Below, in pieces: positions 36,388 to 44,840 of a DNA stretch of 48,923 bases. The first letter of the stretch is position 1, and every line of letters begins with the position of its first letter. A model generated the notes under the pieces. That model did no database searches. It saw nothing but the letters and a program-made list of their open reading frames with translations, and had not been told where the DNA came from. Origin of the DNA: Mycobacteriaceae bacterium (GTDB taxonomy: Bacteria; Pseudomonadota; Gammaproteobacteria; Burkholderiales; Burkholderiaceae_D); NCBI GenBank assembly GCA_903970145.1, contig CAJCHO010000062.1:1-48923 (forward strand), in the 5' to 3' direction. Both the position numbers and the translations under genes were made by a program.

Positions 36388-37758
36388 GTGAGCAAAGCCA
36401 GGAACTTACTGCTGGGCGGCGGCGCCGTGGTCGCAGCCGTCTTGGTGGGCGCACTTGCATTTCACAAGTTTCACCCGAACCCAGGTGCGAGCTCACCTGC
36501 CGCAATCCAGTCGACCAGTAGCGGCGCCCCGGCGACCGCTCCGACAGCGCCGGCCACGAATCCGGCAGATGCTGCCGCCCCTGCTCCTGCCCCTGCCGCG
36601 ACGGCCGCCAACGTCGCAGGGACAATCGATCTGGTCGATGGCGAAGCCAGCATCGAGGGCGCTGATCACCAGACGCGCGTGCCCGAAGTAGGCGCAAAGC
36701 TCTATGAGGGTGATACGGTCGCCACACATGGCGGCGCCGAACTGCATATCGCCACGGCCGATGGCGGCTTTATCGCCGTGCGACCGGACTCCAGCATTCG
36801 CTTTTCGAGCTACCAGGCCAATGGCGATGCAAGTGACCACAGCGAGATCAACCTGATCCAGGGCAGCTTGCGCTCGATCACCGGCTGGATAGGCAAGACC
36901 TTCCCCCAGAACTATCACATCACCACGGCCTCAGCGACTATCGGCATTCGCGGCACGGATCATGAGCCGGCTTACTTTGCTACCGATACGGCGGACACGC
37001 CTGCCGGAACCTACGATCGCGTACACATTGGCGCCTCGACCATCAAGACGCAGGCCGGACAGATCGACGTGGCGTCAGGACAGGTCGGCTTCACCGCACA
37101 CAACGCGACGACTGCACCCCATGTGCTCAAATCAGTACCGCATTTCTTTGAGACTCCCCACAAGCACGATGCCGTGTTCGTCGGCAAGCATGCTGCGGTG
37201 CTAGCGACCCTCGAGCAAAAACGCAGCGCACGCCAGGCGGCGGTGCACGGTACGCCACCCGCGGCCGTGCCGCGTCCTGGCGCCGTGCATGAGGCGCCGG
37301 CTCAGCATCCGGCCGTAGCGCCTCACCAGCTTCCCGAGGCACGCACACCGGAACGCGCCATGCAACGCGGCGAGCCAGCGCGACCCTCTGTGACGCATCC
37401 GCTGGAGCCGGCGCGCCAGCCGCTCGCACGGCCCGGTCAGCCAGGTGCGCCCCAGCCCGCGAATCCCGCACGTGCACAATTGCCGGGAAATGCGGCCCAG
37501 CCAACGGCGCACCCACTGGTACCACAAGCCGTGCCGGGTGCACGTCCTCTCCCGGGACAGCAGGCCGTTACTGCCGCCCGTCCTGGATTGCCGGTTCCGG
37601 GACCGCAGCCGCGCGCCCCGATTCCCCAGACAGCCGTTCGGCCCGGAGCACCGCCCGCTCAAGCGCCCAAGCCCGCCACAGCTGCGCCAGCTCCCGCCCA
37701 GCGCCCGGCGACACCCCCAGCCAACGGACAGAATCCGCCGGCCAATCCCCAGCAATGA
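36388..37758 (+). CDS. Membrane-anchored FecR-domain protein with a ~200-aa Pro/Ala-rich low-complexity C-terminal tail.
   Basis: The N-terminal TM is LLLGGGAVVAAVLVGALAF. The FecR-like fold is IDLVDGEASIEG...VGAKLYEGDTVATHGGAELHIATADGGFIAVRPDSSIRF...INLIQGSLR...ATIGIRGTDHE. The tail consists of PxxP/PAxP repeats. Confidence 0.6.
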   Translation: MSKARNLLLGGGAVVAAVLVGALAFHKFHPNPGASSPAAIQSTSSGAPATAPTAPATNPADAAAPAPAPAATAANVAGTIDLVDGEASIEGADHQTRVPEVGAKLYEGDTVATHGGAELHIATADGGFIAVRPDSSIRFSSYQANGDASDHSEINLIQGSLRSITGWIGKTFPQNYHITTASATIGIRGTDHEPAYFATDTADTPAGTYDRVHIGASTIKTQAGQIDVASGQVGFTAHNATTAPHVLKSVPHFFETPHKHDAVFVGKHAAVLATLEQKRSARQAAVHGTPPAAVPRPGAVHEAPAQHPAVAPHQLPEARTPERAMQRGEPARPSVTHPLEPARQPLARPGQPGAPQPANPARAQLPGNAAQPTAHPLVPQAVPGARPLPGQQAVTAARPGLPVPGPQPRAPIPQTAVRPGAPPAQAPKPATAAPAPAQRPATPPANGQNPPANPQQ

Positions 37759-37804
37759 TTGTTTGAGTGCCCGGGTGCCGCCAGCGCTCGCAGCGCAACG
37801 GTGG

Positions 37805-40084
37805 CTACTCGCTCGCTGTGGTCAGCGGCGCTGTGCGCTGGTGCTCGAGCTGGCGCGATTGTCTGATACCGAAATGGTAAAGCACGTTGCGCAGCAGAAT
37901 CTGCAGGCGCGGATCCACCGGTAGCACCCAGCTGAACGCGATGGCACCGGCGTGGAATACGCGACCGCCATCGGGACGTTCCCAATAGATCATCTCGGCC
38001 GACAAGCCGCCCTGCCAGCCGATCCTGCGTCCGAAATAGTCGAAGTAAACATCATCGGATCCCGGAGCGGCGCGCGTGCCAAGCGCGATGGTCGTGATGC
38101 CCGCGGCTTCTGCGGGCAGACTCGCGCCCTCCGGAACGACAGTCGTCACTCGCGCCAGCGTTGCCAGTCGTACGTCCCATTCGTGGCCGACCGCGCATCG
38201 ACCGGGCTCACCGGGGAATTCGCCGAATCGGCTGCCAATGGCGAGGTTTGCGACCTCCGGGGTATTGAAAAGGAAATGGCCTGGGACAATCGTCTCGTAG
38301 ACCCCGAAATCGGTCGCCTTGCTGACGGCCCATCCGAGGGTCTCAAGGCCAACCAGTCGCCATGCGGGATAGCCACATTCGCGCATCAAGCCGCCGCGCC
38401 CCCGATCCTGCGAGTGATAAGACTCGCCCATGTTCACTCCCGCCTGACCACCCGAGCCGACGCCCAGCTTGCGGCACTCCATGACGCTTCCGTCACCATT
38501 GAAAGTGGTGCGCCAATAGATCGCGTTGCCGGAGAGCACGATGGCATCACCGCCCTCGTGCAGATAGCGCTGCAAGCCTTCGTAGGCGGCAAGCGACCAG
38601 TACTCGCTGTGGCCGTTGATTATCAGCGCGCCGTAGGCCTTCAGGCACTCCGGATTAACATGCAGATCGTAGTCGCTCACTACATCGAATTCGTAGCCCT
38701 GCTCATAGAGCCACTGATGCAGGCAGAGCTCGTTTTTTACCCACTGACCGTAGTCGTTGCCCAGATCCTTGTAGCGCACATCCGGCGCTGCATTGGGCCA
38801 GGGCATGCGCATGCCCGAGTAATAGCTTGGCTGCCCCGCTCGGTGACTGCGGTAGCAGGAAAAAGCGGGTGCCTGCGGGTCACTGTTCTCGATTCCGCGC
38901 GAGCCCCAGATTGGCGCGGGTTCCTGATTGTGCGCAAACGGGGTCGATGCATAGGCACGCCAGCTGCTGGTGGAACAGACGACCAGGAGCGGTGCCGCGG
39001 CGCGCCAGGCCGACTTTCTCACCACGAATGTCAGATCGTAGCGCTGGTGCGCGCCAGGACCAAGCGTCTCGATCCGCGCGATATAGAGTCCCGGTCGGGT
39101 ATGTTCGGGCACCACCATGCGCTGGGTCGCCTGCCAGCGGCAATCGTAGAGATCATCGCTCGCCAGGCGCAATCCGTGACCGCGACCGGTGTCCTGCTCC
39201 CAATCATAGGGGGCATGGCGTGAGAGCGCCTGACCGTCGAAAGCCGGACCGCCAATCATCCAGGTGGCGTGGTTGATGAGCGTGCCGGTACGCTGTCGCA
39301 GGCTGGTATCGCGAATCGTCGCACCACGCTCCTCGTCCAGCGGCCAACAGCCCTCGATGCCGTCGCCGCGCGCACTTCGCGCCCCACGCTCGGCGAATCG
39401 CGCCGCGATCGCAGCCGGAGAAAGTGCGCTGGCATACAGCACCGGCATCGCAATGTCGGCATCAAGAAATCCGTCGGCCTGGGCGAGGCGGCCAAAGGCA
39501 CCGATGCGTAGCGGCGCTACACCGGCGCGTGCCGCGTGGGCAATCGACCAGGTGCGCACCTTCAGTCCGTCGATCCACAGGCTCAGGATTCGACCGTCAA
39601 AGGTCGCGACCACGTGCTGCCAGCGATTGCGCAGAAGGCTTGGACCGACATAGCGGTGACTCAGGCGATGGGCGACGCCGTCACCCAGATAGACCGCCAG
39701 CGTGGCGTCGCCATCGATGAACAGGCCAAAACCGGCGGCCGCGTCATCGCTGGCATCGTATTGGGTAATCACCCCCTGCAGGCTCTCCCCGTTCCAGGGA
39801 CGCAACCAGCATTCGAGTGTCAGGCCCTGCAGCAGCACGTCAGCGTCGAGACCGCGACCAATATGAATATAGGAACCCGGCGAGATCGGCTGCTGCAGGC
39901 CAGGCGCATTGGCAAAGTGATGAATGCAGCTCGCCGGCTCGGTGCGATGGGCGGGATAGACCGACAGTCGATAGGCGAGACTGCTGCTCACATGAAAGGC
40001 GATTTCCTGGCCCGCCGCAACGCTGGTGGCGTCGGCATAGGCGTGGATTCCCGGCAAGACGAGGGAGCGATGCGCTGGAATCAT
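37805..40084 (-). CDS. Large subunit-like protein of the N,N-dimethylformamidase beta-subunit family. It has a LamG/concanavalin-like domain and a C-terminal GATase1/ThuA-like domain. Its substrate is unknown.
   Basis: The N-terminal MIPAHRSLVLPGIHAYADATSVAAGQEIAFHVSS resembles the family start (xGYxDRxSVxPGExIxFxVS). A LamG-like block is LTLECWLRPW...FGLFIDGDATLAVYLGDG. The length from this Met, about 759 aa, fits the family. The track ORF's 72 upstream codons are Arg-rich and unsupported. No small alpha-subunit gene is adjacent. Confidence 0.5.
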   Translation of the reverse strand: MIPAHRSLVLPGIHAYADATSVAAGQEIAFHVSSSLAYRLSVYPAHRTEPASCIHHFANAPGLQQPISPGSYIHIGRGLDADVLLQGLTLECWLRPWNGESLQGVITQYDASDDAAAGFGLFIDGDATLAVYLGDGVAHRLSHRYVGPSLLRNRWQHVVATFDGRILSLWIDGLKVRTWSIAHAARAGVAPLRIGAFGRLAQADGFLDADIAMPVLYASALSPAAIAARFAERGARSARGDGIEGCWPLDEERGATIRDTSLRQRTGTLINHATWMIGGPAFDGQALSRHAPYDWEQDTGRGHGLRLASDDLYDCRWQATQRMVVPEHTRPGLYIARIETLGPGAHQRYDLTFVVRKSAWRAAAPLLVVCSTSSWRAYASTPFAHNQEPAPIWGSRGIENSDPQAPAFSCYRSHRAGQPSYYSGMRMPWPNAAPDVRYKDLGNDYGQWVKNELCLHQWLYEQGYEFDVVSDYDLHVNPECLKAYGALIINGHSEYWSLAAYEGLQRYLHEGGDAIVLSGNAIYWRTTFNGDGSVMECRKLGVGSGGQAGVNMGESYHSQDRGRGGLMRECGYPAWRLVGLETLGWAVSKATDFGVYETIVPGHFLFNTPEVANLAIGSRFGEFPGEPGRCAVGHEWDVRLATLARVTTVVPEGASLPAEAAGITTIALGTRAAPGSDDVYFDYFGRRIGWQGGLSAEMIYWERPDGGRVFHAGAIAFSWVLPVDPRLQILLRNVLYHFGIRQSRQLEHQRTAPLTTASE

Positions 40085-40122
40085 TCGGGACTGTGGGGAT
40101 GCTGGCGCAAGATAGCGATGGC

Positions 40123-40941
40123 TTAAATCGCGGTCATGCGTGTTCCGATGGCAACCGTCAGGCGCTGCGTCGTCTCGCGCAAGAGCGGCAAAAAGTGCTG
40201 GCGCATCTGGGCCGGAGAGTAGCTGCTGCGTTGCGCCCCTAAGCTCAGCGCGGCGACGATGCGACCGGAACTGTTGAGTACCGGCACGGCCATGGAACAC
40301 AGGCCCGCTTCCAGTTCCTCATCAATCAGGGAATAGCCCTGCTCATGGTCGGCCAGAATGCGCTCGGCAAGCTGCGCCGGATCGGTCAGGGTCTTGGGCG
40401 CGCGCGCCGGGAACGGTCCCTTGGCAAGTAGCGCGTCCAGGCGTTGCGCGCTCACGTAGCCGAGCATGATGCGTCCCATCGAAGTCGCGTAAGCCGGCAG
40501 GCGCGTCCCCACGCCCACCGAGATCGTGACCAGCTTGCGTGTTGGCACGCGCGCCAGGTAGACGATATCGTCGCCATCGAGCACCGAGACACCACAGCTC
40601 TCGCCGGTCTTGGTGGCGAGGTCAATGAGGATCGGTTGCACGAGATCGGGAACGCCGAGTGCTGACAGATAGGAGTAACCGAGCTCAAGGGTGCGCGGCA
40701 GGAGCGAGAAGTCGCGACCACGCTGCTCGACATAACGCAGATGCACGAGCGTTAGCAGGATGCGCCTTGCGGCCGCGCGCGGTAAACCGCTGGCCTGCGC
40801 CACCTCGGACAGGGTGGCCGGGCGCATCAGTCCCCCAAGGGCCCTGATTACCGAGAGGCCCCGAGCAAAAGACTGAACGAATTCATCACTGCGCAGGCTT
40901 TCGGTGCCCTGCGCTGCACCACTTTCCGTAGAAATTGACAT
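40123..40941 (-). CDS. IclR-family transcriptional regulator of the PcaR/PcaU/PobR subgroup.
   Basis: FVQSFARGLSVIRALGG...TLSEVAQASGLPRAAARRILLTLVHLRYV...LTPRTLELGYSYLSAL...VSVLDGDDIVYLARVP...GTRLPAYATSMGRIMLG...GYSLIDEELEAGLCSMAVPV is collinear with P. putida PcaR (YVQSLARGLAVIRCF...LSDVARATDLTRATARRFLLTLVELGYV...LTPRVLELGYSYLSSL...VSVLDGADIVYVARVP...GTRLPAHATSMGRVLLA...GYALVDQELEAGLRSIAAPV). Confidence 0.85.
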   Translation of the reverse strand: MSISTESGAAQGTESLRSDEFVQSFARGLSVIRALGGLMRPATLSEVAQASGLPRAAARRILLTLVHLRYVEQRGRDFSLLPRTLELGYSYLSALGVPDLVQPILIDLATKTGESCGVSVLDGDDIVYLARVPTRKLVTISVGVGTRLPAYATSMGRIMLGYVSAQRLDALLAKGPFPARAPKTLTDPAQLAERILADHEQGYSLIDEELEAGLCSMAVPVLNSSGRIVAALSLGAQRSSYSPAQMRQHFLPLLRETTQRLTVAIGTRMTAI

Positions 40942-40972
40942 CCGCTAGCAATAAGGCCAAAATTCGCTGAAC

Positions 40973-40995
40973 GAACATATGTTCTCACAACGAAC
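40973..40995. promoter_or_regulatory. A perfect 12-bp palindrome GAACATATGTTC plus an overlapping GTTC-N7-GAAC dyad, about 32 nt upstream of the IclR-family gene. It is probably an autoregulatory operator with GTTC half-sites.
   Basis: Read directly: ctgaacGAACATATGTTCtcacaacGAACaaag. PcaR/PcaU-type operators are built from repeated GTTCGA-like half-sites. Confidence 0.4.
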
Positions 40996-41403
40996 AAAGT
41001 CCTACAAGTAATCCGATCGCCGAAGGCCCTTCTGTTGTATTGCCGCCCATCCCCACGAGTATCAGGACACGCTGCGCCCTTAGGCGCTGCCTGTGCTTTG
41101 CCGCAGGACCTCTTGCATGACGCGCGCCGCTGTCCACCCGCGTTGCCAGAGCGCGCTTATTGCATTGCGTCACGAGACCTGGCGAGCGAAACGCGGCGCT
41201 CCGGCAAAACGCGCCTTAACTCGTGCGTATCAGAGCGCGTTAACAGTGGAGTGGCAGGGGTCTTGCTTTGACCCTCTGCCTGCTGGTCTACTGGCGTGCG
41301 CCATTGCATACGCCGGTGATCCGACTCCAATAAGCGCAGCAGCGAACCAGATAGATTGATTGCGCTTCAGACGCGATCGGCCCCGCTCAACGAAAGCAGC
41401 AAC

Positions 41404-42729
41404 ATGCACACGCCCCACATTCGTACCAGCCTTCCCGGACCACGCGCGCAGGCGCTGCTCGCGCGCGACCGCGACGTCACCACGCCTTCCTATCCGCGCG
41501 ACTACCCATTCGTCATCGATCATGGCAAGGGTGCCGAGGTCTGGGATGTCGACGGCAACCGCTTCATCGATTTCACCGCAGGCATTGCCGTAACCAGCAC
41601 CGGTCACTCTCATCCGCAGGTCGTCGCGGCTATCCAGGCGGCCGCCGAGAAGTTTCTGCACATTTCGTCCGACTACTGGCACGAGGGACAGACGCGGCTA
41701 GCCGAAGTAATCAATCGCCTCGCTCCCATGAAAGAGCCGGTGATGAGCCTATTCACCAATTCGGGAACCGAGTCGGTCGAGGGCGCATTAAAGCTCGCCC
41801 GCTATGTCACCGGGCGTCCGCGTTTTATCGGGTTTCTGGGCGGATTTCACGGTCGCTCGATGGGCAGCCTGGCGTTTACCTCGAGCAAGTACACCCAACA
41901 GGCGGGCTTCTTCCCGACCATGCCGGGCGTCACTCACATCCCCTATCCCAACGTCTACCGGCCGCTACTGGCCGGTGCCGATCAGGGCGAGGCCGTGTTG
42001 CGTTATCTCGAAGACGTACTCTTTCAGAGCAATGTGCCGCCCGGCGAGGTTGCAGCCGTGCTGGTCGAGCCACTTCAGGGTGAAGGCGGATACCTCACGC
42101 CGCCCGACAACTTTCTTCCGGGCCTGCGCAAGCTGTGCGACAAATACGGCATCCTGATGATCGCCGACGAAGTCCAGACCGGCATCGCGCGCACCGGGAA
42201 AATGTTCGCCGTAGAACATTGGGACGTTGCCCCGGACATCATGACCCTCGCCAAGGGCCTTGGCTCAGGCCTGCCTATCGGCCTGGTGGTTGCCAAAAAA
42301 CGCATCATGGAACAGTGGAAGCGCGGTGCGCACGGCAACACCTTCGGCGGCAATCCGCTGTGCTGCGCGGCCGCGCTGGCAACCCTCGAGCTGGTCGAGA
42401 AAGAATATCTGGCCAACGTAAATGTCGTGGGTCCGATGCTCATCGAGGCCATGGAGAAGCTCATGGCCAAGTACCAGATCATCGGCGACGTGCGCGGCAA
42501 GGGGCTATGGATCGGTATCGAGTTTGTCGAGGATCGGGCCAGCAAGAAGCCGGCGCGCGCCTTCGTCGACAAGCTCCTTCATACGGCATTCCACAATGGC
42601 CTGTTGCTGCTCAGTTGCGGTGCCTCGACTCTGCGCCTGATGCCCCCGCTGATGATTGACTCCGCAATCGCTGCCGAGGCGGTTGCCATACTCGACGCAT
42701 CGATCGCAGAGACGCTCGCCGCAGCATGA
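41404..42729 (+). CDS. Class III pyridoxal-phosphate aminotransferase (GabT, or an omega-amino acid or diamine aminotransferase-like).
   Basis: The motifs are GIAVTSTGHSHPQVV, FTNSGTESVEGALKLAR, MIADEVQTGIARTGKMFA (D-E-V-Q-T-G) and TLAKGLGSGLPIGL (the PLP-lysine context). I chose the internal Met of MHTPHIRTSLPGP as the start. Confidence 0.8.
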   Translation: MHTPHIRTSLPGPRAQALLARDRDVTTPSYPRDYPFVIDHGKGAEVWDVDGNRFIDFTAGIAVTSTGHSHPQVVAAIQAAAEKFLHISSDYWHEGQTRLAEVINRLAPMKEPVMSLFTNSGTESVEGALKLARYVTGRPRFIGFLGGFHGRSMGSLAFTSSKYTQQAGFFPTMPGVTHIPYPNVYRPLLAGADQGEAVLRYLEDVLFQSNVPPGEVAAVLVEPLQGEGGYLTPPDNFLPGLRKLCDKYGILMIADEVQTGIARTGKMFAVEHWDVAPDIMTLAKGLGSGLPIGLVVAKKRIMEQWKRGAHGNTFGGNPLCCAAALATLELVEKEYLANVNVVGPMLIEAMEKLMAKYQIIGDVRGKGLWIGIEFVEDRASKKPARAFVDKLLHTAFHNGLLLLSCGASTLRLMPPLMIDSAIAAEAVAILDASIAETLAAA

Positions 42730-44840
42730 GCGCTCGCATCAAGCTCTCGCCGGTTCGGCGGCGCGGCCTGGGCGGGTGTGTGCTCTCGCCCCGCCTCTGG
42801 TTTGCGTGTGCGCTTGTCCATCTATGCGCAGTGCCCGCCGTGGCCGCCGAGGCACCCGCCGTAGAAGTCGCTGACGTCAATAGAATCGCCGATCTTGCCA
42901 ATCCCGTGACTTCACCGGACGGCAAATGGATTGCCTACTCGGTGTCGCATCAGGACCTCGAGGCGAACCGCATCGTTACCCGGGTGTGGTTGATCGGGCG
43001 CGACGGCAACCAGCGCCACGAAGTGGCAGCACCCGCTGGCGCGAGTGCGTGGCAGGCAGAATTCACGCGCGACGGCACGGCCCTGCTTTTTCTTTGCGAC
43101 GCCGGGGAAGAACGCATCGCCCAGGTCTGGCGATTGGCGCTGCCCTCCGGTCAGGCGCAGCAGCTCACCCATATGCCGGGCGGCGTGGCCGACTTCAGCA
43201 GCGCGCCCGACGGCACACGCCTGGCTCTGACCAGCGACACCAGCGACGAGGCGGGTGACGCGGACAAGGGCCCAATCGTGATCGGGCGCTACCACTTCAA
43301 GGACGATGATCGCGGCTATCTGGCGCACAAGCGGCGCCGCCTGTTCATCTTTGGCGTCGCCGGCCAGACACTCACGCCAGTGTCACCGCGCGACGTCGAC
43401 GTCTTTCTGCCGGCCGTTTCTCCCGACGGCAGCCGCGTCGCCTATGTCACCCAGGCCGATCGCCAGATCGGACTTGACCTCACCGTGGCCGACATGAATG
43501 CCAGCGAGCCCGCCAGGCGCGTCTCCAATCCTGGCCGGATCAACAACGACCCCGAACACCTGTCGCGACTGGCCTGGTCGCCAGATGGACGTGCACTGGC
43601 GTTTCTTCAGGCGGGACCCGAGCGGCTGCTCGAATACGCGCCTTGGGAGCTGGCCGTCGTCGATCTGGCAGGCGGCAGCGTGCGGCGCGTCGGCATGGCG
43701 GATCACAATTACACGCACCCGGCGTTTTCCGCAGATGGTCGCTTGCTCTACGCGATCGTCGAGCAGGAGCGCAACTCCTATCTGCAGCGCATCGATCTGG
43801 CGAGCGGCAAGACCCTGAACCTGACCAGCGGCAAACGGCTTGACGTCGAATTCGCGTTGCTTGGCGAGGATCACTTCGCACTCATATCCGGCGACGACCT
43901 GCACCCCTATCGCCTGAGTTTGCTCGGTCCCGAAGGCGAATCCTTCCCCACCGGACACAACGACTGGCTGGCTAACCACCACCTGGCGACCGTCAGGGAC
44001 CTCGAGTGGCACAGTCGCGACGGCACACTGATCGAGGGGTTTCTGGTGCTGCCACTCGATTATCAGCCGGGCCACTCCTATCCGACTATCGTCGAGCTGC
44101 ATGGTGGCCCAGTCTATCAGTTCAGCCACGAGTTCATGTTCGACTGGCAAGTCTACGCCGCTCGCGGCTACGTGGTACTGGGCGTGAATCCGCGCGGCTC
44201 CTCAGGTCGCGGCTTCGCCTTTGCGCACGCCATCTGGGCCGACTGGGGGCATCGCGACGTGGAGGACGTGCTCGCCGGGGTCGACTACGTGACGCACGAA
44301 GGCTTTGCCGATGCGCAGCATCTGGGCGTGGGCGGCTGGAGTTACGGGGCCATGCTCACCGATTACACCATCGCATCCGATGCACGCTTTAAGGCTGCAG
44401 TTTCCGGTGCGGGCAGTGGCAACATGCTCGCCAACTATGGGAGTGACGAATACAGCGAGGCGCTGGAGGCCGAACTCGGCCTGCCCTGGACCAATACAGC
44501 GACCTACCTGCGCGTGAGCTTTCCCTTTTTCCACAACGAGCGCATCGTCACGCCGACTTTATTCATGTGCGCGGCACTTGATTTCAATGTCCCGTGCGCC
44601 GGCAGCGAGCAGATGTACCAGGCACTGCGCTCGCGCCACGTGCCGACTGCTCTCGTGATCTATCGCGATCAGCATCACACCCTCGATGTGCCGAGCGACC
44701 TCGCTGACCGGCTCGCGCGCAATCTTTCGTGGTACGAGCGCTACCTCAAGCCCCAGGCCGCTGACCGTCCCGCCGCTGCAAGCGCAAGCGGCGTAGACAC
44801 TTCATCCCGGTCACGCGGGGTCGCAGCACATGCGCAGTAG
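42726..44840 (+). CDS. S9-family serine peptidase (prolyl oligopeptidase or acylaminoacyl-peptidase type) with an N-terminal beta-propeller.
   Basis: Propeller-like repeats are SPDGKWIAYS, SPDGSRVAYV and SPDGRALAF. The C-terminal alpha/beta-hydrolase carries the GWSYGA nucleophile elbow (GxSxG) and a later His region. A signal-like N-terminus is present. There is an ATGA overlap with the aminotransferase stop. Confidence 0.8.
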   Translation: MSARIKLSPVRRRGLGGCVLSPRLWFACALVHLCAVPAVAAEAPAVEVADVNRIADLANPVTSPDGKWIAYSVSHQDLEANRIVTRVWLIGRDGNQRHEVAAPAGASAWQAEFTRDGTALLFLCDAGEERIAQVWRLALPSGQAQQLTHMPGGVADFSSAPDGTRLALTSDTSDEAGDADKGPIVIGRYHFKDDDRGYLAHKRRRLFIFGVAGQTLTPVSPRDVDVFLPAVSPDGSRVAYVTQADRQIGLDLTVADMNASEPARRVSNPGRINNDPEHLSRLAWSPDGRALAFLQAGPERLLEYAPWELAVVDLAGGSVRRVGMADHNYTHPAFSADGRLLYAIVEQERNSYLQRIDLASGKTLNLTSGKRLDVEFALLGEDHFALISGDDLHPYRLSLLGPEGESFPTGHNDWLANHHLATVRDLEWHSRDGTLIEGFLVLPLDYQPGHSYPTIVELHGGPVYQFSHEFMFDWQVYAARGYVVLGVNPRGSSGRGFAFAHAIWADWGHRDVEDVLAGVDYVTHEGFADAQHLGVGGWSYGAMLTDYTIASDARFKAAVSGAGSGNMLANYGSDEYSEALEAELGLPWTNTATYLRVSFPFFHNERIVTPTLFMCAALDFNVPCAGSEQMYQALRSRHVPTALVIYRDQHHTLDVPSDLADRLARNLSWYERYLKPQAADRPAAASASGVDTSSRSRGVAAHAQ

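Noticed and set aside
37952-39223. A 423-aa plus-strand ORF, plus 39536-40126 and 39817-40242.
   Set aside because: They are antisense to the DMFase-like gene.
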